63,885 nt of DNA, filler included, from Neoconidiobolus thromboides FSU 785 (GCA_025603075.1; 9 parts of 9 records of this genome joined end to end with filler, not necessarily neighbours in it), one strand, 5' to 3'. Positions 50,630 through 62,468 are shown, counted from the first letter of the whole stretch. Made by a program: numbers and translations. Notes: generated from the letters alone by a model not told the origin.

Positions 50630-52138
50630 TTAGTTCAATAACTTCTTGATTTGTTCTTCAACTCTCTGTCCATAGTCTTTATCAACTTTCTTAAAGATCT
50701 CAATTTGGCGACTTCTAATAAATGCTTTGGCATCTTTTAAATGATCTGAAATAGCCATAATTAATCTATCCTTTTGACCTTTATCAAGAGATTGATATAA
50801 ATCTCTGGCTTGCTTGAAATCATCTATCGTTACTTTATTCAAGTATCTTCCCATTTTACCATCATACTTAACATTAGCATAATTTGGTTTATTTGTTTGA
50901 CGTCCATAATTATAAGAATTTGGCTCATAGTTTGGTTTATTTCCAAAATTATGGAAAGCCATTTGGCCATCCCTTTGATGATTTAATACGGTACTGTTTG
51001 GACGATTGATAGGTAATTGTAAATAATTTGTACCAAGACGATGGCGGTGAGTATCAGTATATGAGAATATCCTACCCATTAATAATTTATCTTCTGAAAA
51101 ATCAAATCCTCGTACAATGTGGGCTGGGCAAAAAGCTACTTGTTCAGTTTCTGCAAAGAAATTTTCAGGATTTCGATTTAATACCATCCTTCCTACTTCC
51201 TGCAATGGAAATTGATCCTCTGGCCAGATTTTAGTAGCATCCACTGCGCTTTTACCAAATTTTTTAGCTTGCTCAGGGCTCATTACTTGCATCATTAATT
51301 TCCATGCTGGGAATTTACCGTCTTTGATAGTATTAAATAATCCTAAGCGATCTCTATCTTTTTGGCTTCCAGCATACTTTGCAGCATCTTCTACTGTTAA
51401 ATTCTTAATTCCTTGCTCAGTAACCCAGTGCCATTTTACATAATTCCAATCGCCATTATCTTTAACTAATTTGTAGGCATGTACACCAAACCCATTCATA
51501 TGAGGGTAACCATCAGGTAAAGCTAAGTCTCCAAATAAGAAAGTAACCATATGAATTGATTCCGGACTAAGAGATAAGAAATCCCAAAACATATCAGCAT
51601 CTCCGGCACCAGTTTGGGGGTGTCTTTTTTGAGTATGAACAAAGTCAGGAAATTTGGTAGCATCCCTAATAAAAAAAACAGGCAAATTGTTTCCAACTAA
51701 ATCCCAGTTTCCTTCCTCTGTGTAAAACTTCACTGCAAAGCCTCGGGGATCCCTTACTGTGTCACTTGATCCACTTTCTTGTCCAACTGTTGAAAATCTT
51801 GTAAATACAGGAGTACGCTTTCCTACTTTATTCATTAGATTAGCCATAGTGTATTTAGTAATATCTTTGGTGACTTCAAAGTACCCATGGGCACCCGATC
51901 CTTTAGCATGCACAACTCTTTCAGGGATACGTTCTCTATCAAAGTGAGCCATTTTTTCAACAAATTGAAAATCTTGTAATAAAGCTGGACCATCTTCACC
52001 AATAGTTAATAAGTTTTGATTATTGTCAACCGGTTGTCCATCATTCGTAGTTAAAAAGTTATCCCCAGATTCTATAGCATAGTCTCCTTTTACTATAGAT
52101 AAAGTTAAATAATAATATAAAATAGATATATAGTTCAT
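50630..52138 (-). CDS. Monofunctional small-subunit heme catalase with a putative signal peptide (502 aa, intronless)
   Basis: FDRERIPERVVHAKG (His), RFSTV, DLVGNN (Asn), RIFSYTDTH (Tyr); hydrophobic 18-aa leader; no PTS1. Confidence 0.97.
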   Translation of the reverse strand: MNYISILYYYLTLSIVKGDYAIESGDNFLTTNDGQPVDNNQNLLTIGEDGPALLQDFQFVEKMAHFDRERIPERVVHAKGSGAHGYFEVTKDITKYTMANLMNKVGKRTPVFTRFSTVGQESGSSDTVRDPRGFAVKFYTEEGNWDLVGNNLPVFFIRDATKFPDFVHTQKRHPQTGAGDADMFWDFLSLSPESIHMVTFLFGDLALPDGYPHMNGFGVHAYKLVKDNGDWNYVKWHWVTEQGIKNLTVEDAAKYAGSQKDRDRLGLFNTIKDGKFPAWKLMMQVMSPEQAKKFGKSAVDATKIWPEDQFPLQEVGRMVLNRNPENFFAETEQVAFCPAHIVRGFDFSEDKLLMGRIFSYTDTHRHRLGTNYLQLPINRPNSTVLNHQRDGQMAFHNFGNKPNYEPNSYNYGRQTNKPNYANVKYDGKMGRYLNKVTIDDFKQARDLYQSLDKGQKDRLIMAISDHLKDAKAFIRSRQIEIFKKVDKDYGQRVEEQIKKLLN

Positions 52139-52740
52139 TTTTATTTTTATTTTATTACTTTTTACTTTAATTTATACCTTTCTAATTTTGAGATAACTTG
52201 TTTTAGTATGATATCATGCTTCATAGATTCTACTTTTGGATCGCATTACATTTTATAGCCAAGTTATATAATTAAATAAAAAACAGAGGCTGGGTATTAT
52301 TATGTATTAAATAAAAAAGTGGTTAAATTTAAATATTTTATAAAGGTAGTTAAAAAGAGAGTATGCATGTATTACCTTTATTTGGTTTAAATTATATATT
52401 GATATTGATATTGATATTGATATTGAATTTATTTAATTTCGTTATTTCAAGGAAAAGTTTTGAAGTAATGATATAATTTTTATCAAGATAATCATTTAGA
52501 GAGATAATCTTCATAAATTTTGTTCTTAAACTTAGAAGACTATTTTTAGAATGTTCCGGTTTTATTATTAAACTTTATTTAATAAAAAAAATTAAAAATA
52601 CTCTTCCAATGTATATGATCAAACTAAGCGTAAAATGAGATTATTAAACTTTATTCTATGTTACTTTTAAGTTTATTAGTAATCATGAACGCTGTTTTAA
52701 AACTAAATTATAGACATTTAAGGCTTTACTTATAATTAAA

Positions 52741-52770
52741 ACGGGGATGTATTTTTTATGAAATTCTTGA
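52741..52770 (+). mobile_element. Family A left terminus only
   Basis: GGGGATGTATTTTTTATGAAATTCTT. Confidence 0.45.
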
Positions 52771-53273
52771 AAGAAAGGTGTTTCTTTGTCTCAATATTTA
52801 TTAGTAATTTTTTAATTTTATGTGCATAAAAATGGTAACTAATGAATAAGAAATCGTCATTATATGAATTAATTTAATCTTCTCGATATTGCTAATAAAG
52901 CTGACTTATTTTTATGAAAGTAAAGTTACGATGAGCTAGGCATGTCTGACATAGCTTTAGTTGAGTAAAAGAGCCCAATAATCAAAATTTCCTGAAAAAA
53001 CTCTAATTCAGCTGAGTCAGAATTTTTTCAAAAGAACTTGGTGTCCAAAAAGTCAAGGTCTCAAACAGTCAACCACTTAACCGTCATAATGAATTCCAGC
53101 TCTCAGGTACTGACTTACTGAGCCTTATTATTTAAAGTTTAATTATGTTTTCAGCTTTTTTACAATAATATTTTAATTCTTTTAATAAATTTACTTATAG
53201 TTAACCTTTGAATATTTGAAAATTAATTTCTCAGTGTTTCCACTGCTAATAATCTTTCTGACTATTGAGAATT

Positions 53274-53379
53274 ATATGGGGATGTATTTTTGTGTTTAAA
53301 AATTTTACTAACAAATTTTCCGCTTAAATAGCGCTTAAAAAATGGAAAAAATAATGAAGTCAAAAAAACACTCTCATGT
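53274..53379 (+). mobile_element. Family A MITE (subfamily alpha)
   Basis: Full length; flanks ATAT/ATGT. Confidence 0.92.
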
Positions 53380-53538
53380 ACTGATTGTGATAAAGTAAGG
53401 TGAGTAAAAAGCCAAATAATTTTTTTAATAAATAGTCATTTTGTAGCCTAATCCAAAGAAAACCTGATAAAAGCCTGAAGGAAATCTGATCAAACTCAAA
53501 TTGTAAGAACAATGGGAGGGTTCGATTGACCAAATTTG

Positions 53539-53644
53539 ATATGGGTCTGTTTTTTTTGGCTTCATCACTTTTCTATCTTTCAAGTGCTATTTAAGTGAGA
53601 AATTTTCGAATAAAATCCTTAAACACAAAACCATATCCCTATGT
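53539..53644 (-). mobile_element. Family A MITE
   Basis: Full length, diverged. Confidence 0.85.
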
Positions 53645-54683
53645 ATTGTATTTTTTAGGCTATGGCCTCCTTTTTAAATAGTCTTTTATAATCTTTTCTA
53701 CAGTAAAATTTTGCTTTTTCTGTTACATTGCTATTTCCTTATATAAAACCCAATTACTATCTTTTGTTTAAAAGTAGCTTAAAAAACTACTAGTATTTTT
53801 AAGCTTGTAAGCAGTTGTAAAAATTAAGCTATAGATTTAAAGATTATAATATATAAAGGCTATTTTAATTAAATATTTTTAAAAATAAACAATAAATAAT
53901 ATAAAGCTAATACAATTTTTAAGGTGAAAATGTTTTAAAATGGTAAAACATCAGGTATCGAAAAAGCCGCTAATATATTTACAGTTTTTTATGCCATATT
54001 ATTTTATACAACTATATGTCTGAAAAAAAGTTAATGATTAAAAGAAGGTTGCTAACTACGTTCTTAAATTAAAGGCTTAATATATACTTTTTAAACATTA
54101 TTGTATAAAAAACATAACTAACTGAATTTTATTTAATAAAAAAGTATTATTGATTAGCTAAAAGTAAGTTGATAGCTTTATTAGAAAACAATTTGAAATT
54201 TAATATTACTTTGATAAAAAGTATAATTATTAAAAAGTTAAAGATAAAAATTTTAGTATCATTTTAATTTATTTTAATTATATAAAGAATGTTATCATCA
54301 AATATGATTTAATAAAGCTAGGTTTATATTTAATAATGCATTAGCTAAAAAACAATAACAGCTTTTAATATTATTGGTAAAATTAAAATTTAATAAAGAA
54401 TTAATTTAAAAAAATAATACATTTATTTGTCATAATAAATGAGTCTCATTTAACTAGCTGGTATATTAAGCTTAAATTGCCAAATACTTGAGTTATTACA
54501 GTATTTAAAATAATTAAATAAATGATAATACTACAATATTAGTTACTGTTTTTTATCATTTTACTTTTTATATACTTTAGATTTTAAATATTAGTTGTTT
54601 TAGCTTATTTAAAACAGTTTATAAAAATCAAATTGAAAATTCAGTAAACCCATATATAACTTATGTACTAAAAATATATATGA

Positions 54684-55144
54684 TGTGAAATTTGGTACTC
54701 AGTGATTGGAGTCAAAAGCAGTCATTGCTTGATTAACTATACTGTAAGTCGAAAGGTCTTAGTTTATGCGACTAAGATAGACTTAGATTATGAATAATAA
54801 TAAGTAATATGCTACAGATTATATAAGACAAATAGAATAGACAATACTAATGTAAAATCCATGTAAAATACTATTAAGTAAATTTAGTAGCTTTATTAAA
54901 TATATGAGATACCAAGGAATAATTCAAAAACCTCGAGCTACTACGTTCTAAAATCTCTTTTATACTCCAACAAGTATGGGTATCAAAACAGGGAGATAAT
55001 ATCCTTCGGAGTCATATGACATAAATTCTCACAACAAATCAAGATAAGAGCATCGGGTTGGTTATCTCTAAACTCGAGAACACAACAACTTAAGTGATTA
55101 TAATGTTATAATCAACCATGGAGCTAATAAAACGATATTTCACA
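54684..55144 (+). mobile_element. Family B, 461 bp, complete solo-LTR-like copy
   Basis: TGTGAAAT...ATTTCACA ends, flanked by direct ATGA/ATGA; AATAAA about 15 bp before the 3' end. Confidence 0.7.
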
Positions 55145-55316
55145 ATGAATTTAATAAATTTAATAAATATAGTTATAGATAGGTTTAAACAAAATATAAA
55201 TAAACTGTTATACTAGCTTTTATTGATTAAAAGTAATATCAAAGAATTTAAAAACATAAATGATATATTAAATAAGTATTAAAAAATATTGAAAAACAGA
55301 TTTATACAAGTAAAGC

Positions 55317-55488
55317 ATTTGGGGTTGTCTGAATTAGTTTCATTATTTTATCCAATTTTTGAAAAATTTTGTATTTTAAAAACTTCGCTTAAAATTCTAT
55401 AAAATCACATCTTTTATTAAAACAAAAGTACCCAAACACAGTTCTAAATCATTCTATTATAGCTCATACTGTAAGTTAGTTGAATTTC
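55317..55488 (+). mobile_element. Family C copy 4, truncated by gap
   Basis: ATTT|GGGGTTGTCTGAATTAG...; highly similar to 21642-21808. Confidence 0.8.
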
Positions 55489-55622
55489 NNNNNNNNNNNN
55501 NNNNNNNNNNNNNNNNNNNNNNNNNNNNNNNNTTAATTAATTAANNNNNNNNNNNNNNNNNNNNNNNNNNNNNNNNNNNNNNNNNNNNGTTATTCATGTG
55601 AAATATTAAATCATGATTCAGC

Positions 55623-55728
55623 ATATGGGGGTGTATTTTTTCGTTTAAGGATTTTGCTAATAATCTTTCCACTCAAATAGTGCTTAGAAAGTGGAAAAAG
55701 TGATGAAGCCAAGAAAACATCTCCATGT
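55623..55728 (+). mobile_element. Family A MITE adjoining a transposase fragment (EILNHDSAY)
   Basis: Flanks ATAT/ATGT; left flank matches the reverse complement of 22940-22980. Confidence 0.9.
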
Positions 55729-55899
55729 AATAATTTGTTTTATTATTAGGAATATTATAGATATAAGTACATTACTTTGCTTTTATCACTGATAGTTATC
55801 AAATAATAGTTTTATTCAAAAAATTCAAATAAATTTTGTTTTTAGAATATAAACCAGTGGTTATTTATATTTTGCAGATTTTTCCAAACAGTATAGAAT

Positions 55900-55970
55900 A
55901 CGTGGAGATGTTTTTTCAGAGTGAAAAGATTGTTAGTAAAATTCTTAAACAAAAAAATATGTCCACATAT
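55900..55970 (-). mobile_element. Family A MITE (internal deletion)
   Basis: Both termini retained. Confidence 0.75.
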
Positions 55971-56050
55971 TAATATTCTGATAATTATGACTTTTTCAAA
56001 ATAAGCTACAATTGTAGCTAGCTTTTCTACCAGGTTAGGATTTTCTCAGC

Positions 56051-56122
56051 ATATAAGAGCGTCTTTTTTGGTTTCACCACCTTTTCCATTTTTTGAGTGA
56101 TTGAGTGGAAAAATGTTAGATT
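56051..56122 (-). mobile_element. Family A MITE (partial)
   Basis: About two-thirds of the consensus. Confidence 0.65.
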
Positions 56123-56259
56123 TCTTACTCAAAAATTAGCAAAATATAAAATATTTATGAAAAGCTAAAGTTAAAACTAAGTTAATAGTAGATAAATTTA
56201 TTTTAAAAAAGACTGCTTGAGGATTTTTGAATTAAATAATGATAAAAATGCAAAACAAT

Positions 56260-57660
56260 TTAAAGGATTTCCTGTAAAGTGACAGGTTCTTTAGGATTCA
56301 TTTTTTCATCCTTCTTTTCATCTATCTCCATCTCATCTAAGTTGAAATCTTCCTCAATGAATGGTTTTAATCCTCTAGCTATTTCATAATCAAAATCTCC
56401 TTCCCATACTGACATGACAATAGCAGCTAAGCAATTTCCAATTAAATTGACAGTGGTACGGCCCATATCCATCAAAGCGTCAACCCCGAGGATGACTGTG
56501 ATAGCTGCCATAGGCAAATTAAAGGAATGCACGGTACCAGTTAAAATAACTAAAGATGCACGTGGAACAGCAGCTACACCTTTACTAGTCAACATAAGAG
56601 AAAGCATCATAACAATTTGTTCGCCTATTGGCATACTAATACCACCTGCTTGAGCGCAAAATATTGAAGCTAATGAAAGGTAAAGTGTAGTACCATCTAA
56701 ATTAAAAGAATAACCAGTTGGCATAACAAAGGCTACAGTACCCTTTGGTACACCTAATCTTTCCATGTTTTCCATAGCTTTTGGTAAAGCTGCTTCAGAA
56801 GAGGCAGTCGAAAAGGCAATCAAAGCAGGCTCACCAATAGCTTTGAAGGTATTAATTAAAGGCAATCTACATATCAACATTATAGGCAAAAGAATAATTA
56901 ACATAAATATAACTAATGAACCATATAATGTCCCAATTAATTTGCCTAAATTGATCAAAACTTGACCACCAGCAGTGTTTATGGTGTAACATAAAGCACA
57001 TCCAATACCGATTGGAGCAAAGTTCATAACAAGTTCGGTCACTTTAAACATAATTTGTGATAATGATTCCAAAAAGGACACCATAGGCTTACGATACTTT
57101 GGTTTGGTTTTAATCATGGCTACAGAAAACATAATAGCACAGAAAACAATTTGTAAGACTTTGTTCTTAACTGCAGATTCAAAGAAGGAGGGAGTTACAA
57201 TTTCAAACATCTCATGGTGCCATGTAATGTTTTCAGAAGCCTCGGATAATTTCTTAATATCCTTATCAACTTCAACGTTTGACAGATCAATACCCCAGCC
57301 AGGACCAATTACATTGACAGCAATTAAACCAATGATCAATGCTAATGTAGTGACAACTTCGAAGTAAATCAAACTCTTTAATGCTAATCTACCAACTTTT
57401 GCTAAATCATCACCGTGTCCAGCAATACCAACAACTAGAGTTGAAAAGATCAAAGGAACAATCAAACATTTTACCAACTCCAAGAAAGCTTTTGAGAAAA
57501 AATTTAAATTATATGCAACTTCCTTTGATACAGTGAACCCTAATATTAAACCAATTACCATAAAAATAAAAATCCAAATAGTGACATTTGTTTTCCTTAA
57601 TAACCTCCAAACTGGGCCGAAGGGCCTAAAAATTGCACGAAAAAACCTTGCAGCAGACAT
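56260..57660 (-). CDS. Dicarboxylate/amino-acid:cation symporter (DAACS, GltP-like; 466 aa, intronless)
   Basis: IVPLIFSTLVVGIA; FSTASSEAALP; PTGYSFNLDGTTLY; GVDALMDMGRTTVN. Confidence 0.95.
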   Translation of the reverse strand: MSAARFFRAIFRPFGPVWRLLRKTNVTIWIFIFMVIGLILGFTVSKEVAYNLNFFSKAFLELVKCLIVPLIFSTLVVGIAGHGDDLAKVGRLALKSLIYFEVVTTLALIIGLIAVNVIGPGWGIDLSNVEVDKDIKKLSEASENITWHHEMFEIVTPSFFESAVKNKVLQIVFCAIMFSVAMIKTKPKYRKPMVSFLESLSQIMFKVTELVMNFAPIGIGCALCYTINTAGGQVLINLGKLIGTLYGSLVIFMLIILLPIMLICRLPLINTFKAIGEPALIAFSTASSEAALPKAMENMERLGVPKGTVAFVMPTGYSFNLDGTTLYLSLASIFCAQAGGISMPIGEQIVMMLSLMLTSKGVAAVPRASLVILTGTVHSFNLPMAAITVILGVDALMDMGRTTVNLIGNCLAAIVMSVWEGDFDYEIARGLKPFIEEDFNLDEMEIDEKKDEKMNPKEPVTLQEIL

Positions 57661-59062
57661 ATTAACTCTGAATTAAATCAATTGTAATTTCAAAGAGTAA
57701 CTTTCGGTTATGATAAATTTTGTTTATTTATATACTTTCAGTTTAAAACGTTGAATATTGTAATTTATATTGAAAATCATATTTCTAATCACATTATCAA
57801 ATATTCTATTTAAGTTATCTCACTTAAATCAACATGATCAACTATTATTCTAATAGCCAAATCATATTGTTTTCTTTATTTAAAATTCCAATTCCTTTAT
57901 TTGATCGAAGTTAAGCTTAATTTCCTAAATAATTTTGAAATGACAAAGCACATAAAATCAGCATAGGAAAATAGAAATACTAAAAAATAGGCATAAATTG
58001 AAAATAAAGTAAAAAATAACGCAATTTAACTAGTATATAGCATTATCATAATATTTGTAATTATTGAAGTTATAATTAATATAAAATGTACAATTTTATA
58101 TGAGTGATTAGATAGTTTAAAACCAACCATGGTACTTTATAATATTTCATTCAAAAAATGAGACTTCAATATTTCGAAGTTTATTAACTAATAAAGTAGA
58201 TTTGTTTTAAATGCTTTCTATTGATGAGCATACCTTTTATAACAAGAATAAAAGCAGAAAAAAAATGCCCTATAAATGACTTTTACCTTAGTTTTTTAAG
58301 GTTTATTCAAGTTATTTAAATAAGGAATTATAAAAGTATTGAAGCTAAGAAATCTTCATGACTTCTCTATTAACTTTGGTATTATATTATAGAATCTATT
58401 TAATGTTAACTCAAATATAAACTTAAGGCTATAATGTTTATAAATGTAAAGTATCTATAATTGGATAGAAACTTATAGCTAATACATTTTTGTTCGAGAA
58501 AAATATCATAAGAATATTCTTTATTTTAAGTGATTGTACTCGGAGTAAAACAATCGTTGAATTTGAAAAGGAGGTTATATCAGCAATAGGTTTTACCAAA
58601 TTAATTTCGATATTGTTTTATACCCAGAATAGATAATATTCTTCAACTAACATATAGCTTAGCTATGGTTTTATGTATTTGAATTCTTCACTCCTTTAAT
58701 TTAACCACAAATTTTAATACATTTGGGAAACTTGAGCGGAAAAAAATTGACATGTTGTTCTTAAGGTAATCTGAAATAACGATCATGTGCTATAAAATGC
58801 CTTAAAATGATTTTATGTTATTATTTTTCTCAAACTTAACTTTAAATGATTTAATAAGATTTCAATAATAGATACAATCAATGTATTGTTGTTGTTTACA
58901 AGGTTGGTTGTGTTGCTTTATATCAGATGTAGTAATAATACCCAAATTCCTTGATTGATTCGTTGTACTATCAAAACGTAAATCCATTTTATGAAAAGAT
59001 ATTTACAACATTTTTAACATATCACCCTTATTTTAAAAGAAAAAACTGACCTAAAAATAAGC

Positions 59063-59157
59063 ATATGGGAGTGTTTTTTTTAACTTCATTATTTTTTCCA
59101 TTTTTTAAGCGCTATTTAAGCGGAAAATTTGTTAGTAAAATTCTTAAACACAAAAAT
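59063..59157 (-). mobile_element. Family A MITE (subfamily alpha), cut by gap
   Basis: Runs into the N-gap. Confidence 0.88.
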
Positions 59158-59481
59158 NNNNNNNNNNNNNNNNNNNNNNNNNNNNNNNNNNNNNNNNNNN
59201 NTTAATTAATTAANNNNNNNNNNNNNNNNNNNNNNNNNNNNNNNNNNNNNNNNNNNNTACTACCACCTTGTATCACATTGGGTCACACTTTTGATTCTTA
59301 ACATTCATATGATTTATTAATATTGAATTATTTTATATCATGTACTATGAAAATCTAAAAATAAGTATTATCTTTTGCTATTATCAATATCTATTTTAAT
59401 TAATCAAACACTTGCCTATTAAATAAAGTTTTGGAATTTATGTTTTATGAAAGATTCTAAACGCAATAATTGAGCATCACG

Positions 59482-59588
59482 GTATAGGGGGTGTTTTTTT
59501 GACTTCATTACTTTTTCTATCTTTTAAGCACTATTTGAGTGGAAAAATTGCTATTAAAATTGTTAAACATAAAAATGCATCCCCATAT
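59482..59588 (-). mobile_element. Family A MITE
   Basis: Full length. Confidence 0.9.
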
Positions 59589-59976
59589 TATGAATTAGGC
59601 TTACCAACTACAAAACATTAATATATTTCTCTCTTTAAACTGATAAATTTGATTTGAATAAAATAGCTGTATACTGACATTCTAATCTTTATTGGATATA
59701 TTGATATGGGTCAAAATAACTATAAAGAATCATTGTTATTTTGGCTTGATTTTGAATAGTATTATAGAACGAGATTATATTTAAGTTTCTGCTGATGCCC
59801 TTCTAACCAAAGCTGCTAATAGCCTTCTTATACAACGTTCACGTAAAGATCTATATGGGAAGGTTTTTTATTCAAGCATTTAGTTAGCAATTTTTTTTAA
59901 TTTTGTGGCATAGAAGAACATAAAAGTGAAGAACATAAAAGTGAAGAACATTCCCATATTTTAAACAAAAAATAAA

Positions 59977-60081
59977 AAATAAGGTTGTCTTTTTGTGTTT
60001 AACAATTTTAATAACAGTTTTTTCGCTTAAATACTGCTTAAAGATAGAAAAAGTAATGAAGCCAAAAAAATACCCCTAAAT
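59977..60081 (+). mobile_element. Family A MITE
   Basis: TSD AAAT/AAAT. Confidence 0.82.
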
Positions 60082-60792
60082 ATATTTATTATATTAAGAA
60101 AGTAAACCAATCTGAGGATCAAGAAAAGATTATAACTCAAAAGTTGTTATTTGAGGATAAGTTCAAACGTTTTATTACGGATTTTATATAAGATCGATAT
60201 AATAATCGTCGACTAAAGTTGAATCTTATATAAACAAGCTAATGTTCAAATATAAATGGTACAAATCTACAAGTTGTAGAAAATAATTGAGTACTTAGTC
60301 TAGTTCACTTTAGCTGATGTGTTTTTTAGTAAAAGCTGTAAAAAATATATTGATAAAGTAAATCAGACCAAATATAACATAGCCAAAGTTATACTTTTTT
60401 CATTAATAACGTTACTATGTATAAGTGTAAATATGCTCGAAAGAATAGCAGGGATTAATTTTGATTATATTGTATTATGAAATAAAACCAGCTGGAAGGA
60501 TATCAACTATCAATTATATAAACGATATAATGTTTCTTAGTTAACTATCCCTAGCTTCAGATGCTTCAAATATTAGAAATGTAAGCCCCCAAAAAGGTAA
60601 TATTAGAAACCTATTGAAACAAAGATGAAATGTATAAATATCATATTAGATATGATTCTATTTTAATTTATGTTTTTCCTGAGTTTTCTGTAAACATATT
60701 TTTCCGTCTATTGAATATTAAAACAAAATTATTCAAACTATTCATTAAACAAAAATAAAGATAATAAGAAATGGTTTAAAATATAGAATAGT

Positions 60793-60896
60793 AAATGGGG
60801 ATGTATTTTTGTGTTTAAGAATTTTACTAACAAATTTTCCGCTCAAATAGCGCTTAAAAAATGGAAAAAATAATGAAGTCAAAAAAACATTCACTA
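60793..60896 (+). mobile_element. Family A MITE (subfamily alpha)
   Basis: Full length; immediately followed by a second copy. Confidence 0.92.
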
Positions 60897-60992
60897 TTTG
60901 GGAACGTTTTTGTTTAAAAATTTTGCTAACGATATTCCACTCAAATAGCGCTTAAAAAGTGATAGTGATAAAATCAAAAGAAACATTCCCAA
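60896..60992 (+). mobile_element. Family A MITE (diverged, tandem)
   Basis: Abuts the previous copy in the same orientation. Confidence 0.8.
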
Positions 60993-61816
60993 ACTTTAAT
61001 TATCATAGACAATTATACTTTTTGTATATCAACATTGTAGTACTTTTAAGTAAAACAACCCCAAGATAAACAATGGTCAATAGCAAATTACTAATAATGA
61101 GGGGTTTATAATTGCTACATAAAATTAACTTGAATGCTGTTTTATTGAAGAAATGGCTTTACTTTATAGTGATGTAGGCGATTTGATCTTATAATATTCA
61201 GGGATATTGTTTTATAATTGTATTATGAAGTAAAAATAATTGGTCAAAAATATGTTGATTCCAAAAAATAAACAATTTCTAAAATCAATATCGCCTTTAT
61301 TCCATCAAAACAAGATAGCTTTGAGTCATGTTATTAATAATAATCTTTTAAATTCCTATTAAAATTTTTGTACTATATATTTTTGAAAAATATTGGTGTA
61401 TCTTTGTTAATTATAGAATCCTGTTCATTAACAAAACACTATACTTTAAGCTTTATTATAGGAAACTCAATACATTATTAGTTTCGCCTTACTGAAATAC
61501 TTTTACTTGCGTAAAATGTCTTGATTAATAAAGATCTTAGCATCTGCCTTGGCTTCTACTTGGCTATTAACTATATTCTCATAACAAAAAAGTATATGAC
61601 TTCCCCATTAAAGAAACAGTGATTTTAAACAATTTTAAATCAGCCAGTTTATAAAGTGTGTAATAATAAAGTGTTTATGCAATATTTATACAATCACAAT
61701 AAACATATTTGTGATATAATATTGACTATAAAAAAAAGGTAAGTATAATCGACTTTAATGTATACTTTGAAAAAATCAAATAAATCACTAATAAAATAAA
61801 ATAAGACTCGTATTTA

Positions 61817-61969
61817 TTAGTATAAAAGTATTAGAATAACCAGTTTTCCAATAAGAGAGTTTGATAAATTCATATCATCATTATTAACCATAGACATTAC
61901 CCTATCCTCTTCTTTGAAGTGGTGCATCAAGTCCTCTTCTGCCATATGGTCTATAGGCTCCTCTTCTTT
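61817..61969 (-). CDS. Possible 3' end of a gene, cut by gap
   Basis: 50 sense codons from the gap edge, KEEEPIDHM...GKLVILILLY*. Confidence 0.4.
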   Translation of the reverse strand, partial: KEEEPIDHMAEEDLMHHFKEEDRVMSMVNNDDMNLSNSLIGKLVILILLY

Positions 61970-62468
61970 NNNNNNNNNNNNNNNNNNNNNNNNNNNNNNN
62001 NNNNNNNNNNNNNTTAATTAATTAANNNNNNNNNNNNNNNNNNNNNNNNNNNNNNNNNNNNNNNNNNNNTTGTGTTATATTATTTGGAACTCTTTATTGA
62101 AACTTAATTTAAATAACTATTTATTACTTTTATAAATATCAATATTTAGCATATTGACGTATCCACCTAAATAGCATAAGTTATCATCTGTCATCAGACA
62201 TCCAAAATAATAATGTTGATAGCATTAAAAATTTAATAAAGTACATAATGAAATATAAATAAATTATTACTATTATACTATTTAATAGGTATGGTAAAAA
62301 AATTTAAAAGATCAAGGTTATTAACTTGCCATTTTGAGGTTTAAGCTTTAATTTTACAGATAGAGTATAACCTAACTCTAATAACGTTATCTATTCTCTT
62401 TTCACTAGCTTATTGATTATAATAGTCTATACATTGTTTTTTGATATAATGGCAGATAAATTGAAACC

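Noticed and set aside
17342-57367. Short ORFs overlapping real genes (e.g. 17342, 19192-19590, 35535, 43958, 44446, 46956, 47741, 48576, 49235, 51028, 51759, 56414, 56765, 57104)
   Set aside because: Antisense or off-frame shadows with no recognisable motifs
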